Source of the DNA: Narcine bancroftii
Taxonomy: Eukaryota
Length of the DNA: 64,000 nucleotides
Assembly: GCF_036971445.1 (NCBI RefSeq)
Contig: NC_091471.1
Location: 366,482,001-366,546,000, forward strand
Direction of reading: 5' to 3'
Below the pieces are notes generated by a model, which was given only the letters and a program-made list of their open reading frames with translations, was not told where the DNA came from and searched no databases. Below, piece by piece: positions 26,040 through 39,639 of the stretch; position 1 is the first letter of the stretch, and each line of letters starts with the position of its first letter. A program made the translations under genes and the position numbers.

Positions 26040-27035
26040 CCAAATAAGACTGGGGTGTGGGTGTGGGGGGGGGGGGGGGGTGGGGAACCATTGATGGCTC
26101 TACTGTTGAGATAATCAAATGTATCAAGTTTCTTGGAGGGCAGGTGGCAGAGACTCTCACCTGGTCCCTTAATACCAGCTCCATAGCCAAGAAAGCCATG
26201 GCTGAGGAGGAAAGTCCATCTCCCAACCTCCACCCTCACGACATTCTACAGAGGATGGATTGAGAGCATCCCGTGCAACCCCATCACCGCCTGGTTTGCA
26301 CCACCTCGGACCGCAAGACCTTGCAGAGGGTAGTGAAGTTGGCACAAAAGATCATTGGGGGCTCTCTTCCTACCATGAAGGACGTCTACAACACACGATG
26401 AAGATGAAAGGCAATAAACATTGTGAAGGGCTTCACACACCCCTCATGTAAACTTTTTTCCCTTCTGATATCTGGTAGGGAGGTACTGCAGCCCTCAGGC
26501 CCTTACATCCAGATTGGGCAATAGTTTTTTTTTCCCCAAGCCATCAGGCTCCTGAATTCCCAGAACCTAAGTGGATAGGTTTACTATATATGCCTTAATA
26601 TTTTAATATTATAATGTGTTTAACCTCTAGTCTAACTTGTGTTTATGTAAATATGTTCTATGGTCCTGGAGAAATGCTATCTCATCTTTAACATAACAAC
26701 AATTACAGCACGGAAACAGGCCATTAGGCCCTTCTAGTCCGCACCGAACCAAACACCCACCTCCCTGCACAATGCCCATCACCCTCCATCTTCTTCTCAT
26801 CCATAGATCCGTCCAACCTTTTCTTAAATAATACAATTGACTCCGCCGCCACTATTTCTCCCCGAAGCTCATTCCACACGGCTACCACTCTCTGAGTCAA
26901 GAAGTTCCCCCTCATGTTACCTCTAAACCTCTGCCCCTTAATTCTTAACTCATGTCCTCTTGTTTTAATCTTTCCTCCTCTTTGCTGTGTAAGCATGGTA
27001 TGAATGATCAATAAAGGTGACTTGATTTGATTGCT
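26040..27035 (+). mobile_element. Rex1/Babar-like LINE 3' part, interrupted by an antisense CR1 3' end (~26691-26980)
   Basis: Colinear with the copy at 38200-38898; the inserted CR1 segment is absent from that copy. Confidence 0.75.
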
Positions 27036-30000
27036 AGACATGAGTAATCTGATTTCAAGATTTTAATTGACTTAGTGTTAAATTAAAAAAAAACTTGCAT
27101 AAACATTTCAATGTGACTAAATGTTGCTTAAATTCAGTGATTTTCAGATGGAAAATTATCCTTGAACGGGAAGATTTGTCATAAATGCATCACACTTATT
27201 TCATTCTTATCTTGGCAGCATTACAGATTGGGGCTGCATTAGGCAGGTGGATTTTGAAAACTTTGTTTGCATGTTGTGCAAATTATAGTTCAGTTTCTGT
27301 AGTTCCTCTTGATGCAATGATGTCACATGGGCACCAACGGTGATACAAGCTCATGAAGGCACTTTTAGTATTACACAATGTACTGATGTTAAAGAACAAG
27401 AAAATTATGTGCTAGCTTGAGTCAGATCTTTGAGCTTGGACGCTCAAAATGTGCTGTGCCTTGGTGCAAATTGAAACATGACGATCTTGGGATTTTTCTT
27501 TACTGTGAATCAAAATTGCATCAAAATAAATCTTTTTCTCCCACCCATGGGGTGAAAATAGTATTTTAAAAATGAAAATCTGTGAGTACTCATTAGGCCA
27601 TGTTTCATCTAATAGGGAAAGGGAAGAGAAAAGAGAGGGGGGGGGGATAATAAAGGGAGAGGTGAGATTGCAGTAGGATTTTGATGGATGGAACAGGGTT
27701 GCACATCATATAGGCAATCCCCTGCTCGAGGTCATGGGTAAACAGTACTACTGTTGGAATGATATGCAAGTCCTAATATTAGGTAGTCAGTGGTGGTAGA
27801 AGAGTAAAATGAAGCGAGTTTTGTGGTCCAGTGCTTGTGGGTTGGTAGACACTGAAAATCACCTTTAGTGTGCAGGAGAATGATATAATCTGGTGGGGGG
27901 GATGACAAAATAGGGAAAATAAAAAGAATGGGATAAATTTAGGTTTGGCGTAACTGGGTGGTTGGTGCAAATGGTATGTTTCTTTGACCATGTCACAATG
28001 GCATAAACAAACAACTGATAATAGATCAAGGACGAAACATGAAATGTTTTAAATTTACAAATCACTGGACCATCAAAGCTATAACATGTGAGTTATTCTA
28101 AGGCAATAGCATGTTCATCTCATTAACCAAGGAAAATGAAAAGTTTTGCAAGTTGCTGCAATGACTAGAACAATACATAACATTCTAAGTATTATCATTT
28201 TACATTGCTCTCAAGTTTGTTAACTGAATCCATAAATCCTTCATTTGTAACCATGTCATTCCCAAATTTTATCTCCTCAACCTTCCTTTTGGGTTCCATC
28301 TAATTCCTCCATGCCAGCTATCAATTTGTGAATTGTTTCAAAATGAAGTAGGTAATAATAAATGTGAAGGTGTATTATGGATTACTACAGTGACAAGATT
28401 AACTTGTTTTCTCACTTTCCCAGTTCTGAAACATAAATTATTTTTTCTTTTGAGAGTTGCCATCTGCCCCTCCCTGAGTCACTTTATTATTCACTTGATT
28501 TTTCACAAATCAAAACCTGTGTGCAATTAGTGCTCGCTCTGTCATTCTTCCTTCCAATTCGAGAATTGTTATTTAATCTTTCCAAATTGATTTGACTGCC
28601 AAAGTTACGACAGTTCGATAGCAATACAGATTCGGTAGAATCTGTACTTCAAATTTTGATTTATTTCCGCACTTGTGATGTGCAGTACGCTACTCTTACC
28701 CGATGCTGGTGTTGAAAGTTTTTTTTAATTTTGTGTTTTTTGCATCCCATCATGAATGATGAGTACCCATGCAACTTAACAGTTGATGATTCTTGCCCAA
28801 CTGTAGGCTACGATAACTGTTCTGAGGTAGGCTAGGCTATGATGTTCAGTGCAGTATTCTTTTTTGACTTACAATTTTTCAACTTACGATGGGTTTAACA
28901 GAATGCAAACCTATCATAAGTTGAGGAGCTACTGTATGTTCCTAAACTGAGAAGTGGAGAGTTAAATCTATGTACTATGGTACACAAAAGATGAGTTCTT
29001 TGAGTATTTCTTCCTCTCCATCTTTTCATTCAATCAATGCTACCTAGTCTGTTGAAAGTTACCAGCATTTTTGTTGACCTTCGTTTCATCAAAGTCGTAC
29101 AACAGAGACCAGGTCTTTGACCCTGTGTGTGTTTGTGTGTGTATATTTAATAATCTACAATCCTATCAATTTCTTCCAAATTATATAGACAATTAATCTA
29201 CCAAGCCAAATTTTTTGGGATGTGGGAGTTAACCCACATGGTCGTAAGGAGAATGTGTACTCCCTATAGATAGGACTAGAAGTCAGAATTGGATCCCTGT
29301 CTCTAGAACTGGGAGACAGTTACTCCACTAACTACTTATTCAGATTTCTGGAGAGGTTGGTTATAGCCTCATACCCAAGAGAGTCCGGTTGATATAAACT
29401 GTCGTGCTTGTATAAGAACATAATGATGCAATAACTAGCAGTGTGTTAGTTTGGGACCAAGCAGTGATAATGTCATAACAACTGGAACTTTTGCTTAAGC
29501 TGAAATTACGTAGAATTGCCACATTTAAAGTGTATTTGTTATAAGCTGTTTGTGCTTGTACTTTAAACTGAGTAGCAAACTTGAACATTTTCGCATTGGC
29601 CAATGGGATCAGAAATTCTGATGTAATTTTACAGTGGATCTTGCATAGTTTTTGTGAATGGAACAGTATCAATATTTGCAGTAATTATCATTAAAATGCA
29701 TGACCCTTACAAGTTGAATATGTAGGTCAAAATTTAGTTGGGAGAAGAGTTTCAATTCCTTGGGGCACAATACCAGAGATGGAGGGAACCATTCCATTAG
29801 AACAAGTTTCAATTCTCCAGTTGAGATTAGAGCTTTAAGATAAATTGTAGTGAGAGACAGAGGGAACATTTGAGAAGCGTAGGGGAAAGTAAAAGCCAAG
29901 ATGGTAGTGGAGAGCATTTTAAAGAGATATTTCACAATTCTCAAGGTATTTCTTAATAGAAGATGCAAGATTCTGGAAAAAGTTTACACATAGCTAACCA

Positions 30001-31026
30001 AGGAAATGTTGTGGTGGTTTCAAGTTGAAAGAAAAGGCACATAAATTGTGAAGATTTGTGGCAGGCCAGGAGATTGAGGACATTTCAGATACCAGAAAAA
30101 GATGACTAAATGATAAGAATAAAAGCTTTGGCAAGAACATTTTCCCCCTTACCTGAAGTTGCGTTAACTGAAATGATCCATTAACCAAACTTTTTTGTAG
30201 CACCGACATGACGTCACAAATTGAAAAAAAAAAGAGCTCTGGCACTCTTGGCGCCAGTTTGGAAACAACAGAGCTCAGAATCAGACAGGAAGACAGACGC
30301 TGAACAGCTTGATGTTAGTTTAGAGAAGCAGGCTGGAATCTCGTGCCATCATTGAGCGACTGGAGGAAGTCAGTGGGTCAGGCAGCGCACGGGGAGAAAT
30401 TAAAATGCCGATTGTCCTAATTTCAGGTAACGCCCTCCCCTCTCTCTTTCCATTTCTTCTTTACCCTCCGCTCTACTTGGTTTACGAACTGTGTGCCGCT
30501 GCTTCCGGCCGCAAGCAGTCAAAAGATTCCTTTGTCCCAGCGGCATCAAGGAGAACAGCCTCCCAGACAGGACCGAGGACCCCTGGCTCCTGGGCAGGAG
30601 TGGGGACTGTAGTCAGGACCGGCCATGGTGGTGGAGAGATGTTGAAGACCAGCAATGGCTGATGCTACTGTTGTGTTTCTGGGTTTTTTCCAATTTTTGT
30701 TCCATTAACCAGGAGAAAAAAAACAATAACTGAAAACTGTCCAGACCCAAGCTTTTCAGATATGGGTAAATGTACTATATTTGAAAAGGGAGGTAATAGC
30801 TCAGTTAAGCTTGGGTTATTATTTCCTATTCTTCTTATATTTTGTACCCAGAGTAGTTGAAACTTAAGGACTTGTGGGAGGGAAGGACCTAAAGCAATAA
30901 ATGCTACCAAAGAAAATATACCACGCAAACTAACATGACTAAAGATAAACCAGTCCCCTGAAATCTGCTTGCTAGGATCTCAAAAGAATGAATGCATTGG
31001 TTTTAATCTTGCATGTTTCTGTACAT

Positions 31027-31279
31027 GAGGTGATACAACCACTACACTGGCTGCACTCCTAGGAGCCTACTGCTGGGGGCAACCACTTGGGAGGCTGGCC
31101 CCACCTGCTGGCTGTCAATCACTGGCCCTTATAAAGACTCAAGCTGGCCCCTTCAGGGACAGTCAGACACGATAAGCCAGCAAGATACTGAGAGTGGTGT
31201 GCACAAGTTTAAGCTAATTAAAGCCTGTTGAACAGTCTGTGGACTTTGCATCAGAATTACTTGCATAGCAGCACTCCCA
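31027..31279 (+). mobile_element. Solo LTR-like element related to 14053-14342
   Basis: Shared blocks agcctactgc.gggggcaacc, gccccacc, tgtcaatcac and ttaaagcctgttg.acagtct. Confidence 0.55.
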
Positions 31280-33019
31280 ACTTCCTCTATTCAAATAGGG
31301 GAAAAGTCAGCAAGCAGGAAACTATAACCTTGTTCACCTAACATTTTTCATTGGGAGGGAAAATTGCTGCAGTTCATTATTATGGAAATGATAGCAGCAC
31401 ATTGAGAAAATGGGAAATGCAGTGACAACAGAATTATTCCCCTCATTATAGAGAAGATTCAAGAATGTGAAATCGCACACCAACAGGTTCAAAGTCAGTT
31501 TCTTCCCTGCAACTATCAGGGAACATACATCACATCAGAATAGTGATCTCGTGCTGCCCTTGACATGTACTAACTGACCTTCACCTAAAACTACACATTG
31601 TAATGTGTTCTTGCTCTCCACATGTTGGAGTGGAATTGCTGGACTTCTGGCTTAAATGTATCCTTCTCATTGGACTTGGTATAATGTGACAATGAACCCT
31701 GAGGAGTTCTAATAAGACTATGGTGACAGACACTGAATTGGAGCTTATGAGGTAATTTGTTTCAAAGGTTGCCAGAAAGTTGAAAAGGATGAGTCAAGCA
31801 GAGCATCATGCAAGATCTTGAGAGAGAAAAGTTTTCATCCCAGCTAATGCAAGAGCCATGTGAAATACGAAAGTCTGCAGTTGCAGATATATTACTACTA
31901 TTGCGAGAGCCATGAACAAAACTCTTGTGAAAGCTCAAAGGAAGGGACTGCTGGATTGAGAATTTGCAGATTGATCGCATTTGGCCGGGTATTTGAGGAT
32001 GTGAAAATCGTGCGAGTACTTGGCATTGTCTTGCGCTTGAGATTTGCTGTGTCAGGGAAGTCGGCTGTTGCTTTAGGATTTGTTTAGTATCAGAGACTGG
32101 ATGTTACGGGGGTGAAATCGTAGCAAAGATTAAATTGGAAGAATGAGAAGAAAAATAATTGGTATGAAAGTGACCTGTGCTCTTTCCCCCACTGAAAAAG
32201 ATCAGATTTGTTGGTGATGATCAATTAATAATACTACAGTCTAAAACCTCACCCTCTTAATGCAGCTCATTATTAAACAAGTATTGAAAACTAGCTAGAT
32301 GTTTGTTCAAGTAATTAGCGAAAAGAAGCTGATGCTCTCTGGTATGTTTGCTAACCTGGCAATCAGAAGAATACTTTGATGCACTAAATATGTGTTTTTA
32401 AGGGCATCAAATACCTGCCACAGTTATTGAAATTGCACCATGATTTGTTTCATCATATAAAATCTGTAATAACTTGGTGCATAATAAAATCATAAGGCCT
32501 TGCACCACAATTCTTGAGGGTTAAACTCAATGACCCCTGAAAATGGGACTGTGATGAGTAATTCACCAAGCCTACTGATATTTTTGTTTGCAGACAGTAT
32601 GCCATCTTTACTAATCTGCTTTTACAATATAGTGGCATCCATTGGCTGAACACATCAGGAATGTGGTAAGCTTCTGTTAAAGCTATCCTACACTGAATGT
32701 TGGCTCCTTAAAGGATAGGCATGTTGTGGGCAGTCGTGCAGGAATTGAATTTGATCTGGCAAGCATTGAAGAATGTTAGGAAGTGGGGCGGGAGAAGCAT
32801 TGCCAAAAAGTTTGGATGTTGTGGATGAAGAGATGGCAGGTAGGAGAGTGATTCTGTATTCTCCAATGAGTATGAGCATGCTCAGAAGATAGTATGAATA
32901 GGGAATAGGTTTATTTTGTGCTTTTCTTTTGTAACTTTGTTTTCCACTCCACAAGATAGATTGCTAAAATTCCTGCTCCGTCATGCTGATTTCCCACCAG
33001 TTTTCACTACATATCTCTT

Positions 33020-33605
33020 GCATATGGAGAAAGCACGTCGGCGCCTCTACTTCCTCAGGAGTTTGCGGAGGTTTGGTATGACTTTGGAAAACTTCTACAG
33101 ATGTGTGGTGGAAAGTGTGCAGCTGCATCACTGCCAGTATGGGAAGACCAGTACCCCTGAGCATAAAGTCCAGCAAAAGGTAGTGGACACAGGCCAGGAT
33201 ATCACAGGCAAAACCCTGCCCTCTATTGAGAGCATCTACAGGGAAAGCTGCTGTTGAAGAGAATAAGCAATCATCAAAGATCCACACCACCCGGCACATA
33301 CTGTTCTCTCTGCTACAAGACTCGCACCATCGGGTCAGGAACAGCTGCTACCCTTCCACCATCAGACTCCTCAACAACCAACTCAGTCGGACTCATTTAA
33401 AGACACTTACTTTTGTACTTTATTAAATTAGTTTTTTCTCCTCTCTGTTTTGCTCAGTTGTTTTTATTTCTTTATTTACATGTGTATGTTGAGTACAGTT
33501 TTTGCACTAGCAATAGGTGGTAATTTTGTCTCACCTGCAGTAAAAAAGAATCTCAGGGTTGTATGTGATGTCATGTATGTATTCTGACAATAAATCTGAA
33601 ATCTA
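33020..33605 (+). mobile_element. Rex1/Babar-like LINE 3' part
   Basis: KARRRLYFLRSLRRFG...FYRCVVES. The tail tgacaataaatctgaa is shared with ~460-575. Confidence 0.75.
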
Positions 33606-33922
33606 CAAGAAGAGTCTTCTTTTTCTTTGGCATGGAAATAAATGCAGAGAGATAGGAAAAGCCTAGATGTTGCTGTCTAGGCCTGCTGAGTTCTTCCCAG
33701 AATGTTTAAGTACTGGGAAACAAGAAAGTATTGCACAGAATCAGTAGAGGAGGGAATGCAAATTGTATATGAATCTTGGCAAGAAATGGTTTTTAAAAAG
33801 CTGAAAGTTTGAACTGTGATTATACTTTCAGTTCAGTAGCTTCTCTGGCCAAAATTGTTCAGTGCAACTTTTTTTTTATTTTCAGGAAATACTTTGCACT
33901 GATGTTTTTTGTCTTTCTTTAG

Positions 33923-34003
33923 ATCTGAACAAAGAAGCAGCTTCTTTCGGTTGCCTGATTATAAGTTTCCACTTGAGTTGCTGAATACCTGAACCACTTG
34001 GAG
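33923..34003 (+). other. Candidate non-coding 5' UTR exon of slc16a3
   Basis: Strong acceptor (gttttttgtctttctttag) and donor (GAG|gtatgt) 81 nt apart, upstream of the ATG exon. No transcript evidence. Confidence 0.4.
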
Positions 34004-34129
34004 GTATGTAGTAGAGGCTTGGAAACACTCTACTTAACAGTATGGTGCCCTGAAATGGGGGAACTATGTATAAAAAGTGCTGTAATTTCTACATGGTCAA
34101 AGCAAAATATATAAAAATAACCTTGAATA

Positions 34130-35300
34130 AAATCAGGAATGTGGATTTTAATTACATGTTTGTTCGATTATAAATTTATAACTGGAGCCCAGGGGCAAAT
34201 AAAGGAAAAAACAGTGTCTATTTGTCCCACATATTATGGAGTGCACTGTATCTGTGCTGGTTGCTTCCTTCACTTCCTGTGGGTGCAAGTTTCAAAGAGT
34301 GGTGAAAATGTGAATAAATAAAAAAATTTTTGAATTTCCTATTGGACTTTTTGCTGATCTAAATTTTAATAATGACCTGTAGTTCCACAGTTCCAAGAAA
34401 AACTGGCGTGATTTTAAATGTCACTATTACATTTCCTGGCAGCTGTTTCATGTTTCCATCTTTTGCAAAAGATAAAGAGACCCAGTTGCTCTTAATTTTC
34501 TGATATATTTTCAAATTCTGGTTATCACTGTCAATATCTTTATTCTGTTCAATATTCTCTTTGTGCAATGCTGACCAGGGATAAGTGTTGGCTAATCAAG
34601 GTTTAATATGGGTTTAGATAAACTTGCAGGTTTTCATTTTTATCCCTTGAGAAATTAACCCTAATACTAGATACCATTTGGTCTGATCTTCTAGATCAGC
34701 CTACCATATTAGACCTTATCAAAAACCTTTCTAAAGTCCATGTAGATTATGTTCACCACCCTGCTATTGTCAATCTTTCTGGTTTTTTTTTTAAATTTAA
34801 AAAAAAAACTAATTCATGAGGCACAATGCAATATCTATTATCCTGAATCAGTCCTCGCCTTTCCAAATGCAGGTGGATCATGTCTCTCAGAATCCCCTCC
34901 AGTAATGTATCTGCCACTGATGCAAGGCTCACTAGCCTGTAGATTTCTGGGCTTGGTCCTTCTGAAATAAAGGCACAACATTAGCCACCCTTCACTTTTC
35001 TGGTACCTTGTATGTGGCCAAGGAAGATGCAAAAACTCTCTGCCAAGGTCCCATCAATTGCTTCCCAGAATGTCCTAGGACGCACTTGATCTTGCCCTGG
35101 GAATTTATCCACCTTTGAGTCTCATCACCACCATCACAGACTTGCACCCACAGGAAGTGAAGGAAGCAACCAGCACAGATACAGTGCACTCCATAATATG
35201 TGGGACAAATAGACACTGTTTTTTCCTTTATTTGCCCCTGGGCTCCAGTTATAAATTTATAATCGAACAAACATGTAATTAAAATGCACATTCCTGATTT
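34130..35300. repeat. 161-bp inverted repeat pair (34130-34290 and 35140-35300)
   Basis: The arms are reverse complements with one mismatch seen by eye; spacer ~850 bp. Confidence 0.93.
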
Positions 35301-37974
35301 AAGACCTTGCCCTTCTCTTGTGACTTCACACATAAATAACAACATTGAGAAGACTTGTTCTCTCGTTAACCTTTTGCTTGGTTCCAAGATCTTATCTGCC
35401 AAGGATAGTTTGTGACCCTTTGGATTTTCTTCTTGGGTGTCCTCCAACATTCCTTGCTCTGCTTAAGGGATTCAATTGATCCTAGTTGCCTTTGCCTGAC
35501 ATGTACCTTGTTTTTCCTGATGAGATCCTCCATTTCCATTATCAGCCAGGATCTTGCCAATCTTGACCGTCACTCTAACAGGAGTATATTGGCCCTGACA
35601 GTTTCCTATTTCACTTTTAAAAGCCTCCCAACTTGCTAGTTGTCCCTTTTACTTGCTAACATCCTATCCCAATCAACCTTTCCAAGTTCCTGCGTCATGC
35701 CTTCAAAATTAGCCTTGCCCAATGTAGGATTTTCAACTTGTGGACCATTCCTATCTTTTTATGCAACTATTTAAAAACTAATAGAATTATGGTCCAAGAG
35801 TGCTTCCCTGTTGAGACAGCTATTTGCCCACCCTTATTTCCCAAGAACAGGTTGTGTTTTTCCATCTAGTATTGCTTGACAAGTTTTTCTTGGGTGCATT
35901 GTGTGCAGTTCTGGTCACTGCATTGCAGGAAGGATGTGGAGCAGTTGGAGAAGGTGCAGAGGAGCTTCACAAGGATGCATTTTAGAGTATTGGCTATAAG
36001 GAAAGATTGGACAAACTTGGATTGTTTTCTTTCAACTATTGGAGGTTGAAGGGTGACCTGAAAACTTTTGAGGTGTAGGGTAGATGGTCTGCCTTTTTGC
36101 CAGGGTGGAAATGTCAAATACAAAATGACATTTTTTTTTGTGTTAATTGCTTTAATTTACTATGTTGCAAATATCATGAACTATAGAATTATTCAAAGTC
36201 CTTTATTTATACTGGATCTTAATGACCTGGGATGGCTTGGTGTTAAGTTAACAATAGTTCATTTTTTAAAAAAAGTTTTGGCATCGCTAAAATAATGTTC
36301 TCCAGAACACAACTGCACGAATGAAGCATTTGCACAAGTTATTCTATTTGAACTCTCTTTTCCACGCAAACCCCACTCCAACTCCCGTCACTTATTAAAA
36401 CCTTTTCCAGTGGAACTCCTGGTAATGAATGCTCCCATTTCACTCCCAGAGTTGGTGTTCAAGTTGTACTCTCACATTCTTTAGCATGATGACATATTTT
36501 AAGGCAGTGCAGAATTTGAAACTACACGGTTGAAGTGGTTAACACTTAATCTTCAACTGGTTATGCAGCTATTGCTCTGACAATGAGGGTGTCCTTAAAA
36601 GTCCTGACAAACCTCAATGGTTGGAATGCATTTGGCAAGTTTAAACACTTCAAACAAGTTAGTCACTGTTTTGTTAAGTGCTTGTAATTTCTTTTGAGTT
36701 GTTGTGCCTGTACTGACAATAACCACACCAGCCGTGTGAGTATAAGACAGCTTTCATGAACTAATATGTACAGTATGAGGTCTTGTCTCTCTGCAAGCCC
36801 AACCTGGACTGTAGCTCTGGACTGCTTTATAGACAAGGTCACCGGGATGACCCCTGGTGCCCTAGTGGTGTAATTACATCTCACCACAGTGCCTTAATCA
36901 TCTTGCATTCCTTGAAGAAATCTCCCATTTGCTACTTTTTTACTTGTTAAGGCAGAGATCTTGTAAACCATGTGATAAGATTTTTGAGGATTACTACTGA
37001 ATCTATTTTGCGTTAATCTGAAATGTCTTCATTTATCAAATTTAAAAAAAAGACAGGAAAGCTTTGACAATTCAAATATAACATTTACAGAATAAAACAA
37101 ACTTGGAACTCTGCAATAAAACTAAAAGCCAATGAAGATCACTTTGTGACTGAAATGGGTTAACTTTCAATATGCTATTCTTATCAAAAGCTTATTCCTC
37201 CTTTTGGAGGGGTAAGATCTAATGTTCAGCAAGAAATCATTTACAAGTGTTGAGTAACCTTTTCTGAATTCTCAGTGTTCTCAGTTGAAAAAACATCTAT
37301 CTAAGAAACTTGAAGTTTCAGCTGCTAAAACTACTAAAGGTATTTGTGTTTCATATTTGTTTCTCCTCCAATTACAAATAACTTGTGACAGCATTTCAAA
37401 TCTTATTACACACATGGATTAGGGAAGCAATGTTTTCATATGTGGCTATAAGGATTAGTCAAAATGGCCAGAGCTTTAGTTACACTGATATAATTTAGCA
37501 TCTTCTAAAATGTCTTTGCTCATGTGATTAAACAGCTTAATTTTTGTAGTGCGGTTGAAGACTTCCAAGATCTGTTGTTGAGATTAAACTATTGCTGCAA
37601 GCAGATTTGGTTGTTATTCTGAAGGTCACTTGTTCACTTTTTTTAAATGGTATGTAAATATTTTTTTAAGTGTTAGTGAAATATCAGTTGTCAACGATTT
37701 CTATTCAGTAAAACAAGGAAACTTAAATCGATGAAATCTATTCACTAATGTACCTGTTGATTTTAAAAATTTCTAGTGTACTTTGAGCAACACACTGCAT
37801 TGAACATAGAGTAGATTAGCTGTTGATCCTGAAACCATAGTGGCTCATGAAGGCTCCTAGTATTAGAATAGTAGATGTGATTTTAAATTTAGACATGCAG
37901 CATGGTAACAGGCCATTTCAGCCCACAAATCCATGCCGGCCAATTGATTTATGTTTTCTTTTAATGTTGGAAAC

Positions 37975-38898
37975 AAAGGGTCCCCCCAGGGCTGCGTTCT
38001 TAGTCCACTGCTGTTCACTCTACTGACCCACGACTGTGCAGCTAAACACGGCTCAAACCACATCATCAAGTTCGCTGATGACATGATCGTGGTGGGTTTT
38101 ATTAGTAAGGATGAGGGGACAAGTGCAGTCACTAACGAACTGGTGCAGGGCCAACAACCTCTATCTGAACGTTAATAACACAAAAGAGATGGACTTCAGG
38201 AGGGCTTGGGGAGGGGGGGGGGGGGGAACCATGCTCCGCTGACCATTGACAGCTCAACCGTTGATGTCGTCAAGAGTATCAAATTCCTTGGAGTGCACTT
38301 GGTGGAGAATCTCACCTGGTCCCTTAACATCAGCTCCATAGCCAAGAAAGCCCAGCAGTGCCTCTACTTCCTGAAAAGTTAATCTCCCACCCTCCATCCT
38401 CACTACATTCGACAGAGGATGTATTGAGAGTATCTTGTGCAACTGAATCACTGCCTGGTTTGGAAGATGTACCACCTCAGACTGCAAGACCCTGCAGAGG
38501 ATATTGAAGTCAGTGGAAAATATCATTCCTCCCATGAAAAACGTCTACAACACATGATGAAGGTGAAAGGCAATAAACATTGTGAAGGACTCCACACACC
38601 CCTCAAGTAAACTGTTCTCCCTTCTGATATCTGGTAGGAGGTACTGTAGCACTCGGGCCCTTGGGTCCAGATTGGGCAATAGTTTTTTATTCCCCAAGCC
38701 ATCAGGCTCCTGAATTCCCAGAACCTAAGTGGATAGGGTACTGTGGTCTTTTACTGTATATGTCTTAATATCTTAATGTGTTTAACTTCTATTCTAACTT
38801 GAATTTATATAAATATGCTCTGTGGTCCTGAAGAAACGCTATCTTGTCTTTACCATGCGAGCATGGTATGAATGATAAATAAGGGTGACTTGACTTGA
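37975..38898 (+). mobile_element. Rex1/Babar-like LINE 3' part
   Basis: RT motifs GSPQGCVLSPLLFTLLTHDC...IIKFADD; tail gtgacttgacttga. Confidence 0.8.
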
Positions 38899-38939
38899 AA
38901 CTGGAGCACCCGCAGGAAACCCATGCAGACACAGAGATT

Positions 38940-39147
38940 GTCTGATCTCGGAAGTTAAGCAGGCACAGGACTGGTCAGTACTTGGAGGGGAAACTGCTTG
39001 GGATCACCAGGTCCTGTAGGTTTCTGAGAGGGATGCAGGACAAAGTGGTGACTCTCTGTTGCCTTACACTGGACAAAAGTTAAAGAATTTCATATATGTT
39101 ACATTCTAAATGTAGTATTACATGACAATAATGGAACTGTTACCTTT
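38940..39147 (+). mobile_element. 5S rRNA-derived SINE (SINE3-like), 5'-truncated
   Basis: 38940-39023 (gtctgatctcggaagttaagcagg...ctggtcagtacttggagggg...ggtcctgtaggttt) matches the 3' two-thirds of 5S rRNA including the internal control region. It is followed by a non-5S body and a tail ending tgacaataa. Confidence 0.8.
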
Positions 39148-39639
39148 AATTATTGCCACCAACTTTTTCTCAATGTAATGCAGATTTGATTTAGAAAATG
39201 TCTATTTTTCTCTGTAGTCCTATCCCACAATAGTTCATTCTAATTCTTGCCTTTTTGTTGTAATATTTTTTGCTGGCAATGTCAAAATGATGGATTAATT
39301 GGCTTCTATAATTTATTAGGGTGAGTGTCTAGAAAAAAGTCAATAACCTAAATCTGTTTTGGGAGAATTGCCATTGAAGCGATGATATGAGTGTGATTGA
39401 TTGTCCACTTTGTGCTTTCAGTCTTTTCCAATGCTCAAAGGAATGCATGCAAAAATGGGAATATATGTTTCTGGTCTTGGCCAGGTTGCCATTGATAGTC
39501 TCAAATCCTATATAGCAAGAGGGAGAAATACAGCCTTTCATGGCCCTTCCTTTGCCACCATTTCCCCCCAAATTTTCAGTTTTTGTTTTTTTCCCAGGCT
39601 TTTCCTTTACCATTTCTCATTGTACCTTTTCTGAATTTT

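Noticed and set aside
38940-39023. Functional 5S rRNA gene
   Set aside because: The first ~35 nt are missing, there are many substitutions, and it is not in a tandem array.
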